Positions 35,232 to 42,946 of a stretch of 57,578 nt of DNA are shown here, one piece after another. Where the stretch lies: positions 1 to 57,578 of IMG/VR virus record IMGVR_UViG_3300017647_000281; one strand, given 5' to 3'. The position numbers and the translations under genes are program-made. The first letter of the stretch is position 1. The number at the start of each line of letters is the position of its first letter. Below the pieces are notes generated by a model. The model saw only the letters and a program-made list of their open reading frames with translations. It ran no database searches and had not been told where the DNA came from. Source of the stretch: a virus (taxonomy: Duplodnaviria > Caudoviricetes).

Positions 35232-35299
35232 GGCCCTGGAGTTGGGAAGACAGCAGCTACCAGGACAAGGCCGCGCCATTGAGTGCGGCCTTTTCGTTT
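35232..35299 (+). ncRNA. Candidate stand-alone sRNA (~65 nt)
   Basis: Promoter TTGACC-16-(TGG)TAAATT at 35199-35226; hairpin 35235-35264; terminator 35267-35299. Confidence 0.5.
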
Positions 35300-35335
35300 C
35301 CGGCCTAAGCTGAATTCCCTGCTCTGGAGGTTCCC

Positions 35336-35552
35336 ATGGCCGACTCCCTTCTCCCCCGCCCCGCTCTACCGCCTAAGCCTGAACATCAACGCCATCGGCT
35401 CGGCTGTCGAAGAACTAGCGATCTGGGTTGAGCAACGAGGTTCCACCGAGACCTCAGACGCCGTGAAGCTCCACTTGGAGACGCTGATCGAGAATGCGGA
35501 GTTCATTTCTGAGGCGCTGGTGGAGCCGATTGCGCGCGAAGAAGAGAGATAG
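35336..35552 (+). pseudogene. Small protein gene with a +1 frameshift in a C run
   Basis: GGAGG RBS and ATG at 35336 (MADSLLP) are out of frame with the coding body LYRLSLNINAIGSAVEELAIWVEQRG; removing one C at 35353-35357 fuses them. Confidence 0.6.
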
Positions 35553-35572
35553 CAAAGCCCCGCTGCGGGCTA

Positions 35573-35980
35573 CTACTTTTGGTCCTTCATAATGTCGAGA
35601 AGGTCCTTTGCCGTTTGCATGCTCAATGGCAGCGGCGAGTCCTGCCCCTCTGATGCTTTCTCCCGATGGTGGAAGTAACGCATCAAAGCTATGAGCAGGA
35701 CTGTTGGTATAGATGCCAAAGCCAAAATGATCGGAATGTCAGTGGCTGCATGGGACTTAAAGCTGAGCACGACATACCACTTCCCAAAGACGAAGCGACC
35801 ATTACCGAGGAAGATGAACCCAACCAGCATAAGGTAGAAAAAACCAACCAACTGCATGGCTCGCCGGGCCAGCTTCTGCTCCCATTCGAAGCGCCAAATT
35901 TCCTTTCTCAGATAGTTCTGAAGGATTTTTGGATCTACGGAGCTTTCGCCTTCGGCCAATCCCTGGTCGTCGTTGCTCAT
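35573..35980 (-). CDS. Two-TM membrane protein
   Basis: Two hydrophobic helices; ATGA overlap with the upstream peptidase gene. Confidence 0.75.
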   Translation of the reverse strand: MSNDDQGLAEGESSVDPKILQNYLRKEIWRFEWEQKLARRAMQLVGFFYLMLVGFIFLGNGRFVFGKWYVVLSFKSHAATDIPIILALASIPTVLLIALMRYFHHREKASEGQDSPLPLSMQTAKDLLDIMKDQK

Positions 35981-36441
35981 AGGATGCCGAGGTTTCTCAG
36001 GCGATATTCCATTGCGGCGGTCGAAACACCGAAGGTAGCGGCCAGCTTTTTAAGATCGGCAACCTTCTCTTCGAAAATCATGTGCTTCACCAAGGCGGCG
36101 GGCATCAGAAGCGATGCGGCAAAGCGGTTTGCCGCAACCTCTCTAGGGTCGCGCACGCTAGCGCTCATCTGCTTGTCGGTATCACGCGGGGCGTCAACAT
36201 CGCCATTTATATGGTGCCCGATCTCATGAGCTACCGTGAAGCGACGGCGTACTGCGGAATCAGCAGGATTGTAGGTAATCAGCGGATCACCATCGCGATA
36301 GCTGTAATGGCCGCTTTCGCGGTCAAGCGGCGAACCTGCCTGAACCTCAATGCCCATCTTCTCGGCAATGGCGATGGGGTCGACTGGAAGCTTGAAGTCC
36401 CAATGAGCCTTCAGGACGTCAAGCGCGGTGCTGTATCTCAT
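35977..36441 (-). CDS. ImmA/IrrE-family zinc metallopeptidase
   Basis: LPVDP..IA, RRRFTVAHEIGHH (HExxH), E.AANRFAA.LLMP, LA..FGVS..AM.YRL. Confidence 0.9.
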   Translation of the reverse strand: MRYSTALDVLKAHWDFKLPVDPIAIAEKMGIEVQAGSPLDRESGHYSYRDGDPLITYNPADSAVRRRFTVAHEIGHHINGDVDAPRDTDKQMSASVRDPREVAANRFAASLLMPAALVKHMIFEEKVADLKKLAATFGVSTAAMEYRLRNLGIL

Positions 36442-36485
36442 GCGTCCCTCCTCTCTATGGCTGATGACAAGCTTTTGGCGGCGAC

Positions 36486-36513
36486 ATTATGCTTGCGCCG
36501 TTCCAATAGTCAA
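36486..36513 (-). promoter_or_regulatory. Sigma70 promoter of the peptidase-membrane protein operon
   Basis: TTGACT-16 bp-CATAAT. Confidence 0.65.
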
Positions 36514-36552
36514 TTTGGGCGCAATTGGCATTGTTTGCAAGGGTGGTACGAG

Positions 36553-36816
36553 TCAGAACTGCTCGACGTCCAGCAGCGCCCAGGGTCGCAGCCCCTGCTC
36601 CTTGGCCTGCTTCTCGGCCGCCAGTATTGCCTCGGTCCGGCTGATGCTCCGCGAGCGGTGCTCGAAGCGGAACGCCGGGCCGCTGGCTTCCCTCACGCTC
36701 AAGACCACCAAGTAGCCGCCAACCGGCCTGCTGGCGTCCTTTGTCGTCTTCTTTTTGACCGGAGCAATCCCCAAGGCTTCGCGCATCTGAAGTTCGAGGT
36801 CTTTGGTAGAGGGCAT
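36553..36816 (-). CDS. Hypothetical protein (start may extend to 36897)
   Basis: LELQMREALG...VVLSVR...FRFEH..RSISR.EA pattern; follows the DUF1654-like gene. Confidence 0.6.
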   Translation of the reverse strand: MPSTKDLELQMREALGIAPVKKKTTKDASRPVGGYLVVLSVREASGPAFRFEHRSRSISRTEAILAAEKQAKEQGLRPWALLDVEQF

Positions 36817-36925
36817 CTGGCTGGACTCGCAGAGAGGGGCGGCGATTATCGCAGCTTCCAGGACACGCCGGTGCCCATTCGCTGGGCGGCACATCATTTC
36901 GATACCCCCCCCTTTCTGGAACCAA

Positions 36926-37264
36926 TTAGAACGGCGCCACCTCCTCGTGCAGGCTCTGCACCACCATTTCCTCGCTGTAGGCCTCCTCCCCACAGTCCTG
37001 GGCACCCTCCTCCTCTGACGGCTGCCACGTCAGCAGCACCGTCCCGTCCTCGTTCCGCGTCATCTCCAGGCCTTCCGTCTCGGCCAAATCCTCGAGCACC
37101 TGGCGCCACGCCAGTTCCGTGTCGCTGTCCAGCTTCCAGATCGTCGCTCGACGGTCCGCCTGGGCCTTCGGGCTGTTGATCATCGCTGACACCCTCAGGC
37201 GCAGCCGGTCTACGCCGGTCATTCCCGCGCGGTCCTGATCTGCTGCCCCTCTCTTCTTGGCCAT
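36926..37264 (-). CDS. DUF1654-like protein
   Basis: RL.LRVSAMINSPKAQ...W.LDSD...AW..VL motif; GGGAGA RBS. Confidence 0.72.
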   Translation of the reverse strand: MAKKRGAADQDRAGMTGVDRLRLRVSAMINSPKAQADRRATIWKLDSDTELAWRQVLEDLAETEGLEMTRNEDGTVLLTWQPSEEEGAQDCGEEAYSEEMVVQSLHEEVAPF

Positions 37265-37284
37265 GTTGGCTCTCCCTGCTTTTA

Positions 37285-37300
37285 CTGTATAGATATACAG
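37285..37300. promoter_or_regulatory. LexA (SOS) box
   Basis: taCTGTATAGATATACAGta matches CTGT-N8-ACAG, 20 bp upstream of the DUF1654-like gene. Confidence 0.85.
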
Positions 37301-37360
37301 TAAATCTCCATTCAACCCTTTTGCAATGAGGCTCTCAAGAAATCCTCGGTCATCCCTTCT

Positions 37361-37410
37361 GTTTAGTTAACTAAATTTCCCTTGACCTCTTCTGTTTAGT
37401 TTTCTAAATT
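37361..37410 (+). promoter_or_regulatory. OL operators and pL promoter
   Basis: GTTTAG-TTAA-CTAAAT (37361-76) and GTTTAG-TTTT-CTAAAT (37394-409); TTGACC-17-TAAATT (37382-37410). Confidence 0.8.
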
Positions 37411-37532
37411 GAAATCGAAGCGCTGTTGCACTGCCTGCACGGCGAGACCTTGCAGTAACCGCCAAGCAGTAACCAACCGAGTTTTGTGAAAGCCATCAAT
37501 CGCGGCAGGCCCCTGCTCGCTCTGGAGAAACC

Positions 37533-38126
37533 ATGAAAGCCTCGATCAACATCAAGAACCTGTTCGTCACCGTGGGCGCCAGCGCCAGCCATGCGCAGCC
37601 ACTGCTCAAAGCCGAGCCGTTGGCAGCCCGCTTCGCGGCCTCGGGCTTCCTCCTCCCCGCCCCGGAGATCGGCGAATACTGGGATGGCGAAGGCGGCGTC
37701 TTCATCGGTTGGATGCCGGCGCGCGATGGCAACCCGGCCTATCCGCTGGTGGCGGCAAGTGGTCCCGAGTCGGAAGCCAAGGTCGCATTCGGCGGGTACG
37801 GCCACGAGACCAAGGGTGCAAACAGCGCTCACGACGGGGCCGCGAACACCCTGGCCCTGCTGTCCGACGGCCAGGATCACCCCGCAGCCACCTTCGCCGC
37901 GAAGTACACCGCCGATGGCCACGGCGACTTCTACCTGCCAGCGCGCCGCGAGCTGATGCTGGGCGAGATCAACGTGCCCGACCTGTTCGCCAAGGCCGCT
38001 TACTGGTCGAGCACGCAGCACTCCGCCTACCGCGCCTACTACATGGACTTCGAAGATGGCTGGCAGGGCTACGACGGCAAGGACTACGAGCGCGTCGCCC
38101 GCCCCGTCCGCAGAGTCCTTCAGTAA
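37533..38126 (+). CDS. DUF1566-like (C-type lectin fold) protein
   Basis: DGAANT, GHGDFYLPARREL, YWSSTQ, RPVRR C-terminus. Confidence 0.8.
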   Translation: MKASINIKNLFVTVGASASHAQPLLKAEPLAARFAASGFLLPAPEIGEYWDGEGGVFIGWMPARDGNPAYPLVAASGPESEAKVAFGGYGHETKGANSAHDGAANTLALLSDGQDHPAATFAAKYTADGHGDFYLPARRELMLGEINVPDLFAKAAYWSSTQHSAYRAYYMDFEDGWQGYDGKDYERVARPVRRVLQ

Positions 38127-38171
38127 TTCACTTATTCATTCTCTGGCCAGCACCAGCGGAGAGGTATTGCC

Positions 38172-38408
38172 ATGAAACCAGCAACCAGCGTTCCGAAGGC
38201 GCCGACCTTCAATAGCCGGGAAGCCGACAAGTTCGTCGTTCGCCTGCCCGACGGCATGCGCGATGAAGTGGAAACTGCTGCGGCGCGCGACGAACGCAGC
38301 ATGAACAGCCTGATCGTCGTCGCCCTGCGCGAGTACCTGCATGGCCAGCAGCAGAAGCAGGCCCTGCTCGACGCACTGACCAAGGCCGCAGGGAGCGTGC
38401 ATCAATGA
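38172..38408 (+). CDS. Arc-family ribbon-helix-helix protein
   Basis: SREADKFVVRLPDGMRD......RSMNS. Confidence 0.9.
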   Translation: MKPATSVPKAPTFNSREADKFVVRLPDGMRDEVETAAARDERSMNSLIVVALREYLHGQQQKQALLDALTKAAGSVHQ

Positions 38409-39181
38409 ACGCCATCACCATCGTTCTCCGCTCTGGCATGGGCATGCAGCTCGACTCGGTTCGCCCCTACCTGAAGCCGGGTACTCCGATCGCCATCGGC
38501 CGCGGCGGTTCTGTGATTGCCGAGGTGGCCGAGGGCAACGCCATCGAGGACAAGCGCCTGGCGGCCGAGGCTGCAGCGGGCTACATCGACTCGGTCGAGC
38601 GCTACGTGGAGAACACCAACTCCCTGGAGGGTACTGTCACTGCTCTGGAGAGCGCTCTGGTAGCTATCGAGCGCCTTGCTGCAGAGGGGCAGGCCGAGCC
38701 ATGGGCGGCCCTTCGCCGCATCCAGGAGATCACGGCGGTATTCCTGGATCACTCCGGAGCGCGTGCAGAGCGAGGCTCTCCCGCCTCTGGCGCCGCCGCA
38801 GAACCGGCTTACCCTGGCGCCGCAGCTGCTCGCCGCCAGGTTCTTCCCGGCGAGCCCCCCCACTCCGCGCCGGTTGTTCCCCTCAAGCCAGGCATCTTCG
38901 ACGTGATCACCGGCACCGTCGGCGCCACCAGCAGCGGGCCAAGTGTTCAGCTCCCATCGCCGGAAGAACACATGGCCCAGATCGAGCGCGTTGCCGCCGA
39001 GCTCCGCAAGGACCAGACCGAGCTGGCTGAAAGCCTTCAGGTCCTCTCTAGTTGGATAGACCGCGTCGAAGTAGAGGACGGCTATGTGAGCGTGCCGGTG
39101 ATCGAGGCCGTCGAAGTACTCGTGCGCGAGATGAATCGTCAGCTCGGGATCGAGAAGCAACGCGCAGGAGGTGATGCATGA
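38405..39181 (+). CDS. Hypothetical protein
   Basis: ATGA-coupled in the early-left operon. Confidence 0.65.
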   Translation: MNAITIVLRSGMGMQLDSVRPYLKPGTPIAIGRGGSVIAEVAEGNAIEDKRLAAEAAAGYIDSVERYVENTNSLEGTVTALESALVAIERLAAEGQAEPWAALRRIQEITAVFLDHSGARAERGSPASGAAAEPAYPGAAAARRQVLPGEPPHSAPVVPLKPGIFDVITGTVGATSSGPSVQLPSPEEHMAQIERVAAELRKDQTELAESLQVLSSWIDRVEVEDGYVSVPVIEAVEVLVREMNRQLGIEKQRAGGDA

Positions 39182-39702
39182 GCATTGTCCTCAAGGGCCA
39201 CGTGCTCAACCAGCGCCAGCTCGACGCGATCACCCCGGTGATGAACGACCTGATCCAGGGCCGGGTAAGCCAGACCGGTTTCGAAGAGGCCTGTGTCCAG
39301 GCACTGGAGCATGCCGATTGCCCCCTGGGCTACGACGTCTCCATGCCCGGCACGGGATCCACCGTCGAGCAACGGGCCACCAAGTGGCTGCGCGACGGCC
39401 AGGTAGGCATGTCATCGCGTGCCATCCACGACCACATGCTGGGGCTGGCTCCTCGCAATGGCTTCCCGTACCCGCACGATCCTGACGACCTGAACCGCTG
39501 CCTGCTGCTGCTCGACCTGATTCCCGAGTGGAAGCCGCGCATGGGGGAAATGGCGCAGCACAACCCGCAGTGGGCGGCCCTGGCGGCGACCTGGGAATCC
39601 ATCACCGAGGCGTTCCTGCGCGAGGCCGGCCTGGACTGGCAGCACCACTGCAAAGCACCGAAAACCTACGCGCTCATGCGGCGCGCACTGGGGGACGCAT
39701 GA
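39178..39702 (+). CDS. Hypothetical phage protein
   Basis: GQVGMSSRAI...YPHDPDDLNRCLLLL motif; coupled. Confidence 0.7.
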   Translation: MSIVLKGHVLNQRQLDAITPVMNDLIQGRVSQTGFEEACVQALEHADCPLGYDVSMPGTGSTVEQRATKWLRDGQVGMSSRAIHDHMLGLAPRNGFPYPHDPDDLNRCLLLLDLIPEWKPRMGEMAQHNPQWAALAATWESITEAFLREAGLDWQHHCKAPKTYALMRRALGDA

Positions 39703-39923
39703 GCAGCCGTCAGCACTGGGCTTGGCACTGCCTGCTCAGCATTGCAGCCATCGCCTTCTTCGGCCTCTTCCTCGCCACCGTCGAGCAGCGCGACGAGGCC
39801 CGACGCCTGGCCAAGCCCACCATCGAGATGCGCGGCACCACCCTGGTGGTCTCGTGCCCGAAGCCGATCACGCCGGCGGCCGCCACTGGCGCCCGCCAGC
39901 AGCAACCGAGGTTCATCCTATGA
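39699..39923 (+). CDS. Small protein with one TM helix
   Basis: ATGA coupling at both ends. Confidence 0.55.
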   Translation: MSSRQHWAWHCLLSIAAIAFFGLFLATVEQRDEARRLAKPTIEMRGTTLVVSCPKPITPAAATGARQQQPRFIL

Positions 39924-40156
39924 CCATGACTGCGCAAGTACCTCCGTTCCGCAACCCCAGCCAAGACAGTGACATCGTGTTTGGACTGGCCAGCACCAGC
40001 CCCTTCACCCCCCTCGGTGATCGCCTGGTTCAGCTCGGGCTCGCCCTGCAAAGCAGTACCAGCACCGCCGGCGAGCTGGAGCAGTTGGCCCGGGCTTGCG
40101 GTATCGGCCTGCACCTGAAGCTGGTGGAGGACGGCAGCCGTGCTGATGAAGCGTGA
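39920..40156 (+). CDS. Hypothetical protein
   Basis: Coupled in the operon. Confidence 0.55.
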   Translation: MTMTAQVPPFRNPSQDSDIVFGLASTSPFTPLGDRLVQLGLALQSSTSTAGELEQLARACGIGLHLKLVEDGSRADEA

Positions 40157-40826
40157 CCACTTCCTGAGCCTAACCCGCATCTGGCGACGCCCTGGGCTGT
40201 CGCTTCGCACCCAACTGCTGATCGCGCGCAGGGTGGCCCGCCAGTACAACCAACTCGATGAGGTCGAGAGGACCGTCTACTCGCGCGCCCGCCGGCCTCT
40301 CAAGAACGGCATGCCGTTCACCAGGGCGAAGCTGGACAAGCTGGAGCGTGACTACCAGGCCATTCGCGGGATGCGCGAGGCCGGACGACTGGCTATCGGT
40401 GAGTGGTTGATGTCGGCCGGCAGCGAGATCGAGGCGGAACTGGGGGTCGCAGGCATCTGCGACGTGCTCGCCATCAACCCGGCACACCGCGCCGAAGTGG
40501 CGGATGCGAAGCCCGGCCAGGCCCTGGACTTTCTGGCCTTCGTGGCCGGCCTCGAGGACAGCGCAACCCATTTCGGCGCCAGGCGTCCATCGCCTTGGAA
40601 GGAGGGCCCGCTGTTCCACTGCATCCTTGAGCTGATGATGAAGTTCACCAGGGAGAACCCGCGCGCCCTGGGTGATCCGTTCGCGCCGGACGGCCCGCTC
40701 TACGGGGCCCCGAAAACTCTGGTCCGCAACGACGGCACGGTCGAGACGCAGCGCGCGGCGCTGACTCTGCACAGCCGTGACGGCAGCACCAGGGTGATAG
40801 AGCGGAAGCAGGAGGTGCAGCGATGA
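40146..40826 (+). CDS. Hypothetical protein
   Basis: Long ORF with phage-like codon usage, coupled. Confidence 0.65.
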   Translation: MKRDHFLSLTRIWRRPGLSLRTQLLIARRVARQYNQLDEVERTVYSRARRPLKNGMPFTRAKLDKLERDYQAIRGMREAGRLAIGEWLMSAGSEIEAELGVAGICDVLAINPAHRAEVADAKPGQALDFLAFVAGLEDSATHFGARRPSPWKEGPLFHCILELMMKFTRENPRALGDPFAPDGPLYGAPKTLVRNDGTVETQRAALTLHSRDGSTRVIERKQEVQR

Positions 40827-41551
40827 GCCTGATCAAGCGCTTCGAACGCAACCTGGTCGGCCGAGACTTCGCAGTGGGCGACATCCACGGCTATTTCACG
40901 CGCCTGCAGGTGGCGCTGGACGCCGCCGGCTTCGATCCGACTCGCGATCGCCTGTTCAGCGTCGGCGACCTGGTGGACCGCGGGCCCGAGAGCGAGCAGG
41001 TGCTGGCGTGGCTGGACAAGCCATGGTTCCACGCCATCCAGGGCAACCACGAAGGCATCGCCATCCGGCACGTGCGGATCGGCCACCTCGACCAGGACAT
41101 CTACCTGCTGAACGGCGGCGCCTGGTTCCTGGGGCTGCCCAGCGCCGAGCAGCAGGAGATCGCCGCCCGCTTCGCAGACCTGCCGATCGCCATCGAGGTG
41201 CAGACGTCCGCCGGGCTGGTTGGCCTGGTCCACGCTGACTGCCCGTTCCCGAGTTGGACGACGCTCCGCGAGGCGCTGGAAGGGCGCATGCCGGGACTGA
41301 GGCGTGTGGAGGATGCCTGCCAGTGGTCGCGCCACCGAGTTGAGCAGCAGGATGCGAGCGGTGTGCAGGACATCCTGGCCGTTGTCGTTGGTCACACGCC
41401 GCTGCGCCAGCCTGCCGTGCTGGGCAACGTGTACCACATCGACACCGGAGGCTGGTTCCGGGACGGCCGCGGCCATTTCACCCTGCTGGACCTGTCGACG
41501 CTGGAGACCATCCCGCCGATGCCGGCGAAGCTGGATTGGGAGGACGCATGA
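40823..41551 (+). CDS. Ser/Thr protein phosphatase (lambda NinI-like metallophosphoesterase)
   Basis: GDIHG, VGDLVDRG, GNHE, VHA, GHTP, IDTG. Confidence 0.92.
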   Translation: MSLIKRFERNLVGRDFAVGDIHGYFTRLQVALDAAGFDPTRDRLFSVGDLVDRGPESEQVLAWLDKPWFHAIQGNHEGIAIRHVRIGHLDQDIYLLNGGAWFLGLPSAEQQEIAARFADLPIAIEVQTSAGLVGLVHADCPFPSWTTLREALEGRMPGLRRVEDACQWSRHRVEQQDASGVQDILAVVVGHTPLRQPAVLGNVYHIDTGGWFRDGRGHFTLLDLSTLETIPPMPAKLDWEDA

Positions 41552-42285
41552 AGCGCCAGCAGATCAGCCAGGCCGCCCTTCCCGAGGTTGGCCAACCTCT
41601 CGCCGGCGGGTTCTACGCAGGCCGGATCTACTTCGATGGCGCCGAGCACGCGGTGATCGATGCCGGCCGGGCTTTCGAACTGACGGCACAGTGGTGGGAT
41701 CGCGCCGGGCCCAAGCCGAACATCCGCGGCGCCAAGTCCTACTTCGACGGTATGGCCAACACCCAGGCGATGGCCGAGGCCGGCAGCGCCATCGCGGTCA
41801 AGGTGCTGAAGATGGTGATCCGTGGCCACCGCGGCTGGCACATCCCGGCCATTGAGGAACTGCAGGTGCTGCGGGCCAACCTTACCCAGCTCAAGGACTG
41901 GGGCCGCTACTGGCCTTCGGATGGTGAAGGAGGCCCGGCCCAGGCATTCACGCAGCACAGCTATTGGAGCAGCACCCAGCGCAGTGCTGGCAGCGCCTGG
42001 AACTCTGCGGTGCATATCTGGTGTACCCCGACCACGAACTGGGCTTCGCGGGAGATGGGCATCCGCCCGGTGCGCACGCTCAGGATCAAGGCGGACGGCT
42101 TCATCCATGCGCCAGCGAGTGACGCCACACCTGTGCAGGCCGACCTGCAGGGATTGGCCAACGTGACAATGGTGCGTGACATGGTCGAGCGCTACGCGAA
42201 CGAGGACGGCGGGAAGTTCTACGGGCGGGTGGATGACCTGGTGGCGGAGCTGGCCGCAATCGGCAAGGAGGCCCTCCATGGCTAA
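41548..42285 (+). CDS. Second DUF1566-like protein with C-terminal extension
   Basis: GGFYAG, DGMANT.AM, W.IPAIEEL, YWSSTQ, RPVR. Confidence 0.72.
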   Translation: MKRQQISQAALPEVGQPLAGGFYAGRIYFDGAEHAVIDAGRAFELTAQWWDRAGPKPNIRGAKSYFDGMANTQAMAEAGSAIAVKVLKMVIRGHRGWHIPAIEELQVLRANLTQLKDWGRYWPSDGEGGPAQAFTQHSYWSSTQRSAGSAWNSAVHIWCTPTTNWASREMGIRPVRTLRIKADGFIHAPASDATPVQADLQGLANVTMVRDMVERYANEDGGKFYGRVDDLVAELAAIGKEALHG

Positions 42286-42682
42286 GCCTCTCGGATCGCT
42301 CGCACGAAAAACCCTGAATCGGGCCAGGCGAGTTGCGCCAGCGCCTGCGCGTAGGGTCACCAAGGAACAGGAGTTGTCGGCTCAGGCGGAGCAGGCTGCG
42401 GCGCCAGCACCGGCCCAAGCACAGCAGGCCGGGCCCAGGCTGGACCGGGTGCTGTTTCTGGAGGGGCGGCGAGCGGCGCAGGAGATCCTCAGTGGCTTCA
42501 CCGGAACGCTCTCGCACTCCGGCCTGGCTCAGGAGGTTTTCCAGCAGTTGAGGAAGGGGGCGTCGAGCAGGCCGGCCAGCTTTGCCGCTGGCATGGAATC
42601 GCTCATCGCCGAGGTTGAGGCGCTGGTCGCGCGCCACGAAATGCAGAATCCGCCAAACGTGGCGCAAGAAACTTGGAGGTAG
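42278..42682 (+). CDS. Hypothetical protein
   Basis: AGGAGG RBS; coupled. Confidence 0.6.
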   Translation: MAKPLGSLARKTLNRARRVAPAPARRVTKEQELSAQAEQAAAPAPAQAQQAGPRLDRVLFLEGRRAAQEILSGFTGTLSHSGLAQEVFQQLRKGASSRPASFAAGMESLIAEVEALVARHEMQNPPNVAQETWR

Positions 42683-42684
42683 GT

Positions 42685-42903
42685 ATGACGGAAGATGCTC
42701 AGAAGGGGAATGTTCAGGTGGACATTCTGCTGAAGTTCGAGGAAGTAAGCAGTCAGGTCGGGCTCGGCCGGACGGCCATCTACAGGACGATTGGCGCAGG
42801 CACATTCCCGGCGCCGATCAAGCTTGGGCGAGCATCGCGCTGGTCGCAGCGCGAGGTGCAGGCCTGGATGGATGAACGCAAGCGCGAGCGAACTGCCTCG
42901 TAG
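42685..42903 (+). CDS. AlpA-family excisionase/recombination directionality factor
   Basis: EV...VGLGRTAIY..I..GTFPAPIKLG.ASRW...EV..W; convergent with the integrase. Confidence 0.88.
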   Translation: MTEDAQKGNVQVDILLKFEEVSSQVGLGRTAIYRTIGAGTFPAPIKLGRASRWSQREVQAWMDERKRERTAS

Positions 42904-42946
42904 GGGGGGAATGGCGGCCTATGGCCGCCCCCTCAATGCCGCCATG

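Noticed and set aside
37411-37532. HK022 put-like antitermination RNA in the pL leader (GCAGTAACC occurs twice)
   Set aside because: No convincing twin stem-loop could be built by eye; the evidence is too weak.
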